In this document: in pieces, positions 1 through 9,266 of the stretch
Position numbering within the stretch: position 1 is the first letter of the stretch
Layout: each line of letters begins with the position of its first letter
IMG/VR virus record: IMGVR_UViG_3300044712_001292
Coordinates: 1-64,000 of that record
DNA length: 64,000 bases
Strand: one strand, 5' to 3'
Source of the DNA: a virus
Notes under the pieces: model-generated
What the model was told of the DNA's origin: nothing
What the model saw: the letters and a program-made list of their open reading frames with translations, nothing else
The model's database searches: none
Position numbers and translations under genes: made by a program

Positions 1-56
1 GTTCTGGGGGGGGTCTTTTGGGGCGGGCCCCCACCCCTCCCCCCCCGGCTCCGCTC

Positions 57-84
57 TTGCTTAGCTATGACACAGCCGTAATGT
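57..84 (+). promoter_or_regulatory. sigma70-like promoter candidate
   Basis: TTGCTT-N16-TAATGT just upstream of ATG at 91. Confidence 0.4.
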
Positions 85-90
85 TGCGTT

Positions 91-357
91 ATGGCCGACA
101 CGGACTTAGCACTCGTCTCTACGGAGGAGCTCTTTCACGAGCTAGCTTCGCGGCACAGCGGGCAAGGGCGGTCCTGCGTCATCCTGAGCCTGCTTCCCCT
201 TGATGGGGCTCCAGGGAAGGCCGATGTACGCATCATCTGCGCCTTTAAGGATCTGGCGGCGGCACACGTACTCGTTTCCGAGGCGGTTCCGCGCGCCAAC
301 GTTATTCTGCGTTCCTGCATCGAGGAAGCGCTTGGCCCTGAGGAAGACCAGCCGTAA
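91..357 (+). CDS. hypothetical protein
   Basis: 88 aa ORF; TAATG overlap with next ORF. Confidence 0.65.
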   Translation: MADTDLALVSTEELFHELASRHSGQGRSCVILSLLPLDGAPGKADVRIICAFKDLAAAHVLVSEAVPRANVILRSCIEEALGPEEDQP

Positions 358-788
358 TGCAGCCCTTTCGTCTTGCGGTGTATACCGATTCTCGAAAGTT
401 GCTTGGGTACTGGTGGTTACGCGAGTGGCGGGGTGGGTATGCGGTGACGTACCGCGACCCCATTACGCGAGCCTTCGACTTCTTCCTCTCCGATAATCCA
501 GAAGAAGTTGTCCAGAGGTTCTTTCAGACCTATACGGATTACCTCAAGACGGTCATCAGCCAACTCGATTCGAGCATCGCCAACGTTCCGAACGAGACAT
601 GCCTCAGACCCGGGTTCCGACCCGACCATTTTCGCAGATTACGCCGAGAACTTATCAGCCGCAGGGCACAGCTTATCTGTAGAAGTCGTGAGCGGTACGC
701 AGAAGCTGTCGTGACCCTCCGGTCGCGGGGCTGGCCGCCCATCCCCGCCATGCCCTGCCTTCATACGGACACACGCTATGCCGACTGA
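357..788 (+). CDS. hypothetical protein
   Basis: 143 aa ORF overlapping both neighbours. Confidence 0.65.
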   Translation: MQPFRLAVYTDSRKLLGYWWLREWRGGYAVTYRDPITRAFDFFLSDNPEEVVQRFFQTYTDYLKTVISQLDSSIANVPNETCLRPGFRPDHFRRLRRELISRRAQLICRSRERYAEAVVTLRSRGWPPIPAMPCLHTDTRYAD

Positions 789-1413
789 TCGAAACCTGAC
801 ACCTATCTCGCCTGAGCTTCAGCAGCAGTTGATCGAGAGCTACACCACCGGCACGTCGATGCTGCGTCTCGCGACACAGCACGCCATCCCCTACGCCCGC
901 CTGCGGCAGCTGCTTGTTGCTGCCGGCGTCGAGATCCGTGCAGCCTCGTCACCGACCTACGGAGCGTCCGGGGAGTCCCCTGCCAGCAAGCTGACCGCAG
1001 ACGCCAAGCAGTCACTGCTGGCCGAGTTGCAGCTGGGTCAGGAGCAGCACGTCAACCTCGCAAAGAAGTACGGTGTCAGCCGCGAACGGGTGCGTCAGAT
1101 CGCCAAGTCCATCGGAGCGCCGACCGGACGCGAGGTACAGCACCGCCGCACGTCTGAGCGGAAGAGCAAGCGGCAGGAAGACGCCCAGTACCGGGCGAAC
1201 CTGCGGGAGCAGATGCGTCGGGCCAAGTATCAGCACTGGAACGAACTCTGGGAGCGTGGACTGACCATGAATGAGATGGCGCAGGCCCTGGGTCAGTGCT
1301 CTGCCGCTACGATCGGCGTACGCATCACGGAGCTTCGCCGTCGGTATCCCGGCTGGTTCAAGCTGCGTCGCGGTTCTCGCGCGGCACCTATCGCGGAAGC
1401 GCCAGTCGAGTGA
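778..1413 (+). CDS. helix-turn-helix DNA-binding protein (sigma70 region 4-like HTH)
   Basis: LAKKYGVSRERVRQIA motif; further HTH-like segments at both ends. Confidence 0.7.
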   Translation: MPTDRNLTPISPELQQQLIESYTTGTSMLRLATQHAIPYARLRQLLVAAGVEIRAASSPTYGASGESPASKLTADAKQSLLAELQLGQEQHVNLAKKYGVSRERVRQIAKSIGAPTGREVQHRRTSERKSKRQEDAQYRANLREQMRRAKYQHWNELWERGLTMNEMAQALGQCSAATIGVRITELRRRYPGWFKLRRGSRAAPIAEAPVE

Positions 1414-1414
1414 T

Positions 1415-1442
1415 TTGACCTACGTGCGCGGATCCCTATGCT
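1415..1442 (+). promoter_or_regulatory. sigma70-like promoter candidate
   Basis: TTGACC-N16-TATGCT in the intergenic gap before 1482. Confidence 0.5.
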
Positions 1443-1481
1443 GGGATTCGCGCACAACGCCTTTCCTTTTAGGTATCACGC

Positions 1482-4157
1482 ATGGCCAAGTTCGACGGCC
1501 TTATTTGGAAGAAGGGAGACGATAACTGGGCCTATCTCCCGACGGGCATAGGCGCGGTTACCGACCCCGGATTCAGCCTGACCAGCGATGATGCCGTTCT
1601 GCGCGTCGAAGACGGCCTCGTTGCTGGACACGGCGGCAAGAAGATCGACTTTCAGAAAGAGAACGAGCTCCTAAGCGCCTGCCCTGCGCAGGCGGGGGAC
1701 CTGAAGGTGCTGTGGGCTGGCGTACACCCCACCAACCTGAAGGCAGCCATCATCGTCTGGTCGGCCCCGATCACGCTTCTGGATCCCTCGAAGATCACCG
1801 GTGGCTCCAAACCGTCCCTCAACGGACGGATCATGACGCTGACGCTGGATAGCCCCGTCAAGATCGACGGTTCGTCGTCGCAGACGATTCAGCTGCAGGC
1901 GGGTGCTGTCGGCAAATACGGATCGAAGAAGGATCCGGACGTCGCTCGCGTCACGGACACTTCCAAGGAGCTGTACGCCGGTACGAAGAACGACACGTCG
2001 GTCGGCAATGATCAGACGAGCCAGACGAAGGGCTCGGACATCGTTGTCTTCGCTGTCAACGGTGCTGAGTCCGTGACGGTCAACGTGTCGATGAAGTACA
2101 AGGTCGTCGACGCGAAGCAGACCTGCGGCAAGCCGCACAAGATCTGGGGAGCCGCGTACTGCATCTGGGGATCGACTATACCGCTCGAGACGTTTCCGTA
2201 TGGCACTACGTTGGAAGTCGATGCTGCCAGCCTGGCTCCGAAGTCTGGTTATTATGGCGGTACCGTCGACAGCGACTCCTACGTAGATCGTAAGGCGGCT
2301 TTCAAGATTGCTGTGACGGGTGTAGCCGGCCCGATCATCAAGCTGGACAGCGTCAACGACCGGGCTGTGCCGCTTCAGCCTGGGCAGGCTGTCGCTTTCT
2401 CGGGCTACGGCTGCGATACCGTCTGCGGCACGAAGGACCAGACGAAGATATCGGATATCGATGAGGCGTTGGCCTATGTCGATGAGGACGTGATCAAGCC
2501 GTCGGAACGGACGTTCCCCGTCTACACGTTCATCGAGACGACGTACTACATGACGACGATGAACGCGATAACGACCCTCGAGGTCCCAGCGTTCACGCAA
2601 ACGACACTCTACGAGACGCTGCTAAGCAATATCTGGCAGGGTACGCAGGTGTATGGCACGGCCGTCAAGTGGGACGACCAGCTGACGCAGTTATGGCAGG
2701 GTACGGAGGTCTACGGTACCGCGGTTCAGTGGGATCCGTCGTTTCAGATACCGAAGGGCGTGAACACCACCATCACGCTTCCCGTGGGAGGTGACCAGAC
2801 GGGCACCATACCGCTGCATCTGGTCGACGCCACCAAAGCCCTCAAGATCTTCGAGCCAGGGGACGTCTTCGCTGGCTACGTGTACTTCGCTGACGATGCT
2901 ACCATCGTCAAGTACCTCGTTGCTGAAGGGGCCGCCTTCACCAACAAGCCGTTCGTCGTCGACCCAGTCAACGTCGTTTGCCACTCGATGCCGGCGAACG
3001 CGAAGATCCCGGTCGGTAACCCGACGTACAGTTCAGCCAAAACGTTCTCGCAAGGGACGCTGCAGGCACGACTCATACCCGACCCCGGTGCTGTTGTCTC
3101 GGGCGAGGTCGCCAAGACGAATGTGTCGTTGTCGACTGCAACGGTACAGCAGATCCCTGCGGGTGGGAAGGTCATCACCAGTATCGGCACGACGTCGTTG
3201 GTCGTCTGTTCCGGTGGTTCGCCGACGACGATTCAGATTGTGACCTCCATTGGGACGGCAGCAGCCGATCCGTTGACGATCAACTACCTGAGCGCCCCTG
3301 CGGCGTTCCAGGCTGTAACGGACGTGCCGACAGCAGCAGCTGACGTCGTACCGATTACAACCTTGTTCGATATCGCTTCGGTCGATGTCGTGACGACGAT
3401 ACCGGTCGCGGATCCGACCCCTGTCACAGCCATTACCGGTTCAACAGAACTGATCAGCATCAAGGGTCGTTTCGACGATATCCTCAAGACGCTCGGAAAT
3501 CCGACGACGGCTTACTACATCAAGGATAGCCTCACGGCCCCGATCTTCACGGGGACCACGACAGCCGACGTCTTCCTGGTGACGGCATACGCGGCGCCTC
3601 CGTATGTGGAGCTGACGAAGTACGCGCATCTCACGGATCCGCAGCACATCGACCTGACGAAGTACACGGCTTTGCGGGATATGACCGTCTTTACGAACGT
3701 CGGAGAGGAGCACGTCTTCCTGAAGCCACAGGACGGAGACGCGAAGCTGACGCTCGCTATCATCGATGAGACGGCAAAGATACCCATCCTGGGTACGCAG
3801 GGCAGCAATCCGGTGAAGTTGCTGATCAGCGATACCGGCGGCACGATGAGCCTGATCGGCATGACGACGCCGCTGCAAGAGATCCTGACCGATCGGTCGA
3901 CGAAGGGGCAGTGCGTTCCCGGAGCTGTCGACGTCTCCACCATACCGGGTGCCGACTACGAGGAGCCGGGTATGGTGAAACTGCTCGCCCCCATCCCTGT
4001 TCAGAAGTCTCGGGGCGACGCCGAGGAGTGCCCGTGCTTCACGGTCAACGATACGGACGGCGGGCCGTCGGCACCGTCGGATAACTCTGCTCTGGCGTCC
4101 ATCAACCCCTGCACGATCCGCGTACGTCGCCTGCAGCTCAAGGACTGCCACACATAG
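1482..4157 (+). CDS. putative virion structural protein (Thr/Val/Ala-rich)
   Basis: 891 aa, beta-rich composition, tail-module context. Confidence 0.6.
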   Translation: MAKFDGLIWKKGDDNWAYLPTGIGAVTDPGFSLTSDDAVLRVEDGLVAGHGGKKIDFQKENELLSACPAQAGDLKVLWAGVHPTNLKAAIIVWSAPITLLDPSKITGGSKPSLNGRIMTLTLDSPVKIDGSSSQTIQLQAGAVGKYGSKKDPDVARVTDTSKELYAGTKNDTSVGNDQTSQTKGSDIVVFAVNGAESVTVNVSMKYKVVDAKQTCGKPHKIWGAAYCIWGSTIPLETFPYGTTLEVDAASLAPKSGYYGGTVDSDSYVDRKAAFKIAVTGVAGPIIKLDSVNDRAVPLQPGQAVAFSGYGCDTVCGTKDQTKISDIDEALAYVDEDVIKPSERTFPVYTFIETTYYMTTMNAITTLEVPAFTQTTLYETLLSNIWQGTQVYGTAVKWDDQLTQLWQGTEVYGTAVQWDPSFQIPKGVNTTITLPVGGDQTGTIPLHLVDATKALKIFEPGDVFAGYVYFADDATIVKYLVAEGAAFTNKPFVVDPVNVVCHSMPANAKIPVGNPTYSSAKTFSQGTLQARLIPDPGAVVSGEVAKTNVSLSTATVQQIPAGGKVITSIGTTSLVVCSGGSPTTIQIVTSIGTAAADPLTINYLSAPAAFQAVTDVPTAAADVVPITTLFDIASVDVVTTIPVADPTPVTAITGSTELISIKGRFDDILKTLGNPTTAYYIKDSLTAPIFTGTTTADVFLVTAYAAPPYVELTKYAHLTDPQHIDLTKYTALRDMTVFTNVGEEHVFLKPQDGDAKLTLAIIDETAKIPILGTQGSNPVKLLISDTGGTMSLIGMTTPLQEILTDRSTKGQCVPGAVDVSTIPGADYEEPGMVKLLAPIPVQKSRGDAEECPCFTVNDTDGGPSAPSDNSALASINPCTIRVRRLQLKDCHT
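2633..2735 (+). repeat. 60-bp period tandem duplication (WQGT[QE]VYGTAV[KQ]WD x2)
   Basis: seen in DNA and protein. Confidence 0.85.
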
Positions 4158-4197
4158 CCCTTGACAGTCTGACTACGCTACGTAGAGAGACGTACGC

Positions 4198-4890
4198 GTG
4201 ACGTTCTACACGATACCACGAAACAGCGACGGCTCCTGCTGCACGGAGTGCGGCCCCATCGCGAACCCGTGTCAGGAGTGCGGCGCGTCCTGTTGCGACC
4301 CCAGCACAAGCTATACGGGGAAGACGCTGACGATGACCGTCGTCGACATCAACCTCAACTGCTTCTCCGGAGCTACGAAGGTTGTTACGACGTTTGTTGG
4401 TGCTTACGTAGGTCCGCATTTTCTGGGTACGGTGACGACGGACGTCTACGATTACACGACAACGTTGACAGGTATCTGTTTCGATGAGCCAGGCTGGACG
4501 CTGATCGATTCCTACTCCGACACCAACATCTCTGTCACGGTGACGTGTGTCGTTGACGGCAGTAACCTGCTGATGACGACGGCGTCCAGTGTCGCTGCGC
4601 TGACCTATAATAACGCCTACTGGATCGCTCGGTACGCAGAGTCTGTCGCCGTCAACTGCGGTAATCCGGTGGGGTGCATCAATACCGCTCCGCTGGCGTA
4701 TCAGAAGACGGTGTGCCAGACAACCGTGTCGGCTTCGTGCTATACGTGGGCGATCGACTACCAGTACTGCTTCTCGTTCTGGGACTACACCGATTCAGGG
4801 CTTCCCGACACCGGCTGTGACCCGTCGACCGTATGCACGGTCGGCAATGTCGGGTGGCAGCATAAGACGATCACCGCTACGATCGCGTAG
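4198..4890 (+). CDS. Cys/Thr-rich hypothetical protein
   Basis: 230 aa with clustered Cys (CCTEC, CQECGASCC). Confidence 0.7.
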   Translation: MTFYTIPRNSDGSCCTECGPIANPCQECGASCCDPSTSYTGKTLTMTVVDINLNCFSGATKVVTTFVGAYVGPHFLGTVTTDVYDYTTTLTGICFDEPGWTLIDSYSDTNISVTVTCVVDGSNLLMTTASSVAALTYNNAYWIARYAESVAVNCGNPVGCINTAPLAYQKTVCQTTVSASCYTWAIDYQYCFSFWDYTDSGLPDTGCDPSTVCTVGNVGWQHKTITATIA

Positions 4891-4896
4891 GACGAT

Positions 4897-5829
4897 ATGT
4901 TCACCATACTCATCCTCGTCTCACTCGGCATCCACCGTCTCTGGAACTGGGAAGACGTCTTCGCCTTCGCTCGCGCCTATGTACAGCATATCAAGCCGCT
5001 GTCGTGCCCGCCCTGCAACGCCTTCTGGATCGCTGTCGGCGTAGCCGGCGTTGCGTACGGATGCGGTTCCGTATCTGGGTTCGAGGCATGCTGCCTTCCG
5101 TTCGCCGCCTACCCGGTACTACGTGTCGCTGCAGCCTTCTATCAGACGCAGTGGTTCGCTCCTCCGGCTCAGGCGGTATCCACGGAGGCCACAGTCTCGC
5201 AGCCGGTATCGCGTGGAGCGGAGTGCCCTACTTGTGCGCTGCGTGATCGCATCAAGCCTCCTCCGAAGGGGACGCGTCGTCGTATCGTCGTGATCGCTGC
5301 TCGCGGGTTTCAGCGTGTCGAGGACATCGTGGCGAGGCTCGCAGATCACGACACGGTCGATATCCACGTCTGGGTCCCGTTATCAGATACACCGGCCAAC
5401 ATAGCGTATCCGCATGTGACGATCGACGTGAGGTTGCCCGCGGTACAGCAGGCATCAGTCCGTGAATCGCACGCGTCAGCCATCACGGCGCTCCGCCACA
5501 CGCTGACGCAGTACCTGTCAGACACGTCAGTCTCGACGTTCTGTGTCATCACCGACGGCGTCTTCGGTACGCTCGATCCGCACCTGACAGCGCACGGAGC
5601 CATTCTGGACGTCATGCGTGACCTGACGCACATGCCCTTCGTCCATATCGTCGGCAATGGCGATGACGTCATGCCGACGGAGCAGACGAAAGCATGTTCC
5701 GGATTCATCGTTACAGACGCAGACGACCGCACCCGTCTGCTCAGCCGTATACCTCTTCAGCCGCACCGGGTCTTCACACGTGCCGTAAACGTCAGGCGGC
5801 TGCTCGCTGCCGTCGGTCACCCGCTATGA
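4897..5829 (+). CDS. membrane protein with N-terminal TM segments and CxxC motifs
   Basis: hydrophobic N-terminus, CPPCNAFW and CPTC. Confidence 0.65.
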   Translation: MFTILILVSLGIHRLWNWEDVFAFARAYVQHIKPLSCPPCNAFWIAVGVAGVAYGCGSVSGFEACCLPFAAYPVLRVAAAFYQTQWFAPPAQAVSTEATVSQPVSRGAECPTCALRDRIKPPPKGTRRRIVVIAARGFQRVEDIVARLADHDTVDIHVWVPLSDTPANIAYPHVTIDVRLPAVQQASVRESHASAITALRHTLTQYLSDTSVSTFCVITDGVFGTLDPHLTAHGAILDVMRDLTHMPFVHIVGNGDDVMPTEQTKACSGFIVTDADDRTRLLSRIPLQPHRVFTRAVNVRRLLAAVGHPL

Positions 5830-6086
5830 GTGAGACACCGAATCTGGTGCAGAAGGCTGCCACGCTGTCGTCAGCGCTCTTTGATTGGGCCAAGGCTGGA
5901 TTCACCATGGCCGACACGGAGACCTACGAACAGCGGCGGATGCACTGTGCAGCATGTCCGTCGTGGGATGCATCGGCCTACGGTGGTACCGGTGGGTGCC
6001 GCGAGTGCGGATGTTCCGTCGCCAAGCTCAAGCTCGCTACCTCGTCGTGTCCGAAAGGAATCTGGAATGCCGTCCATCACCGCTAA
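5826..6086 (+). CDS. small Cys-rich phage protein
   Basis: ATGA overlap; R-x3-CxxC...CRECGC...KLATSSCPKGIW pattern; start re-called from 5694. Confidence 0.7.
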   Translation: MSETPNLVQKAATLSSALFDWAKAGFTMADTETYEQRRMHCAACPSWDASAYGGTGGCRECGCSVAKLKLATSSCPKGIWNAVHHR

Positions 6087-6519
6087 GGGGATCCTCGGAT
6101 TCCTGCGGCCCGTGAACCCGCAGGCTCCGACGCCGCTCGAGATCGCCGTCGTCGCCGAGTTCAACCTGCTCTTTCCAGAACTGCAAGGCGACCTGTTCTC
6201 GTACATCCAGAATAGCGAGTGCGGATGTCGTCATCGCATCGCCGAGGCGTTGAACCGGAACCCCGAGCAGTCGGAACGCCTGGTCCGCGTCATCTACAAG
6301 GACCTCCCGGCAGGCCGACCACTTCCGGAGTTCGTCATCACTCCCGAGGACACGACTGACACCCATACGCTGACATCCATCGCCGGAACGATCATTGACA
6401 TCGAGCCGTCCAGGGAGGCGTATAGAGCGGCCTTGCGTAAGCTCTACGCAGAGCGTAAGGTGTATCAGGGCGTTTTCATCGAACGCTCGACCACCGCCTG
6501 GACCCTCTACTTCTACTGA
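6067..6519 (+). CDS. hypothetical protein
   Basis: start re-called at MPSITAKG after AAGGA. Confidence 0.65.
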   Translation: MPSITAKGILGFLRPVNPQAPTPLEIAVVAEFNLLFPELQGDLFSYIQNSECGCRHRIAEALNRNPEQSERLVRVIYKDLPAGRPLPEFVITPEDTTDTHTLTSIAGTIIDIEPSREAYRAALRKLYAERKVYQGVFIERSTTAWTLYFY

Positions 6520-6520
6520 T

Positions 6521-6850
6521 ATGCGTACCCACCTTCCGATAGCCCATACGCAGTATCTGGCTGAGTTCGTTCTGGTCGCCTGCCAGGACATCTGGCCGAA
6601 AGCGGTCATCCTGGACCGGGCCGCCGACACCAGGCACTGCCGCGGCCTGCCTGTACCGCTTGAGGGGTACGGGTTCGACGTCTGTGCCTCGGAGGAGACG
6701 GTGGCAGCCTTGCTCGACGGGGAGCCCTCTGGCGATGTTCTGCACGTTGATGTGTCCGATGGTCCTCTCTTCGAAATAGGATTGGCAGGGAACGCCGCAG
6801 CTGTCCAGTCGCTGACCAACCATCCCCTCTGGTCGTCGCGCCGTGTCTGA
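6521..6850 (+). CDS. hypothetical protein
   Basis: start re-called at MRTHLP, adjacent to previous stop. Confidence 0.6.
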   Translation: MRTHLPIAHTQYLAEFVLVACQDIWPKAVILDRAADTRHCRGLPVPLEGYGFDVCASEETVAALLDGEPSGDVLHVDVSDGPLFEIGLAGNAAAVQSLTNHPLWSSRRV

Positions 6851-7307
6851 TCCGTTCGCCAGTCTGCTGCCCCCAGCGGGAAAGACCCAGACGGTCGTTG
6901 TGCAGGAGCAACGTCAGAACGCCACGTTCACCGCATGGCGGTACGGGAACGTCGCTATGCCCGACCTGCACATCGTCGATAGGAAGCAGGCTCTCCCTGA
7001 GCCTATCGCTGATGACGGTAAACCATTGACTCCTGAGCGTCTACGCGAACTGCTTGGCGATGACATCCAGCCAATGTTCGTAGCCCCGGAGGACGGTGAC
7101 AACCGCAAGGCGCGTCCCACCGGGCAGATCTATACGCACGCGTTCGACGACCGTCTGCCTGCAGAGAAGTTCGGCGCGTCGGCCACCGCCTTCAGGTCGC
7201 CCATGCGGATCGTGAAGCCCGTCGAGCCTGACCTCTCCCAGCTTGTCCGCGCGGACAGACTTGCGGATCCACCCCCTCAGGATACCCTGCCCACATGCCT
7301 GTCGTAA
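6843..7307 (+). CDS. hypothetical protein
   Basis: 154 aa ORF in tightly packed run. Confidence 0.65.
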   Translation: MSDPFASLLPPAGKTQTVVVQEQRQNATFTAWRYGNVAMPDLHIVDRKQALPEPIADDGKPLTPERLRELLGDDIQPMFVAPEDGDNRKARPTGQIYTHAFDDRLPAEKFGASATAFRSPMRIVKPVEPDLSQLVRADRLADPPPQDTLPTCLS

Positions 7308-7495
7308 GTCCTTTCGCTCTACAGATCGGGAATACCTACTGGGACCTGATGAAGGTGGTTCGCTGGGAAGAGCCGACGCCGCAGACGTCGCCTGAGACAG
7401 TCATTGTGCATTTCATCGATACCCCGAACACGGGTATCATCTTTGATAAGGCCGTGTTCGAGATGGCCATGCAGAACGCGCTGGACTCCCTCTGA
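7295..7495 (+). CDS. small protein, paralog of the N-terminus of 7522..8460
   Basis: MPVVS...GN..YWDL.KV...ALD alignment. Confidence 0.7.
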   Translation: MPVVSPFALQIGNTYWDLMKVVRWEEPTPQTSPETVIVHFIDTPNTGIIFDKAVFEMAMQNALDSL

Positions 7496-7521
7496 TGCCG
7501 ACCCTTACCCTCGAGTAGCAC

Positions 7522-8460
7522 ATGCCCGTCGTTAGCGTCTACATTCTGTACGTCGGCAACTCCGCATACGATCTGCGGAAGGTGTCGTCCGTCGTCCCTC
7601 ATCAGACCGACCCGACGTTGGTCATGGTGCGGTTTCAGGACGAGCCGAGGACGGCTATCGCCTTCGTGAAGGCAACCTTCGAGCCGGCGTGGCAGGCTGC
7701 CCTGGACGCGATAGCAGGCGGTTCAACGCCTATCGGCCCTGCCGGCGGTGACCTGTCCGGAACGTACCCGAATCCGACGGTCGCCGGCATCCAGGGCACT
7801 CCGGTCGATGCCGCTGCGCCGATGAGCGGTGACCAGCTGATCTTCGACAGCAACACGGGCTCCTACCGCCCTATAAAGCCGATCCAGTACTTCGCGAGCG
7901 GAGCGGCTGCAGCCGCAGCGGCCCCGCTTGTCGACGGTACCTTCGTCGTCATCTACCCCGGCTCGCCGACGTCGCAGGCCGGTACCTACCAGGTCACGTC
8001 GAACGGTGGCGCAGCATTCCCGGCGGACTACACGCTGGTCTCTGATACGACGGATACCGCTAGCGAAGTCGGTATCGTTGATGCTGGTAACTACTACGTC
8101 GCTACCAATGTCGAGGATGCGCTTCAAGAGGTCGCTTCCGGTGCGATAAACGGCTTTAGCGGTTTGCTGCTGGTGGGCACGAACGTCATGGCCTCCGTAC
8201 CCGTCGCACAGGCGCGCGGCGGCGTCTGGGAGCTGCTCCTGACGAATGGCTCGCTCTCCTACCGGACGTCGCTGTCGGTCGCCCATGATACGGTCACGGC
8301 AGTGGTATCGGAGTTCGGAGCCGCCGCCGGCCCCGGTCTCGGCGTTCTTCCCGTCTCCTTCGACGCCGACATCTCCGGCGGTGCGCTGCGTGTGCTGGGT
8401 GTCGCGACGTCACCGAACTGGTACTACCGCATCCGCTGCCTGTCCATCCAGACGCCGTAA
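7522..8460 (+). CDS. putative tail/fibre-associated structural protein
   Basis: AGGDLSGTYPNPTV and ATNVEDALQEVA motifs typical of phage fibre proteins. Confidence 0.7.
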   Translation: MPVVSVYILYVGNSAYDLRKVSSVVPHQTDPTLVMVRFQDEPRTAIAFVKATFEPAWQAALDAIAGGSTPIGPAGGDLSGTYPNPTVAGIQGTPVDAAAPMSGDQLIFDSNTGSYRPIKPIQYFASGAAAAAAAPLVDGTFVVIYPGSPTSQAGTYQVTSNGGAAFPADYTLVSDTTDTASEVGIVDAGNYYVATNVEDALQEVASGAINGFSGLLLVGTNVMASVPVAQARGGVWELLLTNGSLSYRTSLSVAHDTVTAVVSEFGAAAGPGLGVLPVSFDADISGGALRVLGVATSPNWYYRIRCLSIQTP

Positions 8461-8468
8461 AGGTCACT

Positions 8469-8804
8469 ATGGCGATCACGAAGCTCGAACAGACAACGGT
8501 GAACCCGGACGGCAGCACGACGGTGCGTCGTATCGAGGAGCGTACGTCTCGTGTGACGATCTCGACGCCACTCGCTGGCGATGGCACCACGATGTTCAAG
8601 GTCGTCGTACAGCGCGAATGGGTCGAATACCTCAACGGTACGGCCGTCAAGATCACGCAGCTGCCTCCTCTCGACCTGCCTATCACGGCTTCCATGGTTC
8701 CGTTCATCCAGGGCGTGGCCGCCCGCATAGATCTGGTTGCGAAGAACGCGACACGCGATATGACGTGGCCCAAGCTGAACGGCGAGCTCATACAGCCGTC
8801 TTGA
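8469..8804 (+). CDS. hypothetical tail-associated protein
   Basis: 111 aa, AAGGT RBS. Confidence 0.65.
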   Translation: MAITKLEQTTVNPDGSTTVRRIEERTSRVTISTPLAGDGTTMFKVVVQREWVEYLNGTAVKITQLPPLDLPITASMVPFIQGVAARIDLVAKNATRDMTWPKLNGELIQPS

Positions 8805-8884
8805 CATCACCAGCTGCTGCGGCTCGTACCGCACCGTAGCAGCTTCAACACGCGGTACACAACGCCATGCGGGGAAAAGAACCC

Positions 8885-9256
8885 ATGAGCAACGACGCAC
8901 CCAAGACCACCCACTACGAACTGCCTCAGGGCGCTATCGCGATCCTGCGGGAGATTCTGCCCAGCCCGACCTGGTACAAGGAGGACCCCAAGCAGGGTGT
9001 CCTCATCGCCCGTTCCGTCGGCGCGTACGAGGCGCTGCCCGAGATCGACCGTCCTGTCAGCGAGAAGGAAGAGTCGGCCCGTGACTTCGAGAAGCGTGCC
9101 AAGGCGTGGGCCGAGACCGTTCTCGAGTTCGAGTGGACCGAGAAGCAGAAGGACGCCGTCAAGATCTGCGTCCGGCACTACCTCAAGCAGGGTGCCTTCA
9201 CCGTTACCAAGCACACCGTGGCGATGCTGCGGCTGCTGGGACTCGACGAAGAGTAA
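8885..9256 (+). CDS. hypothetical protein (possible fibre assembly chaperone)
   Basis: charged helical protein just before first fibre gene; start at 8885 or 8867. Confidence 0.55.
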   Translation: MSNDAPKTTHYELPQGAIAILREILPSPTWYKEDPKQGVLIARSVGAYEALPEIDRPVSEKEESARDFEKRAKAWAETVLEFEWTEKQKDAVKICVRHYLKQGAFTVTKHTVAMLRLLGLDEE

Positions 9257-9266
9257 GGAGTAGGTC

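Noticed and set aside
1-50. G-run/C-run hairpin at window start as origin or terminator
   Set aside because: Truncated context and low complexity; no function assignable.
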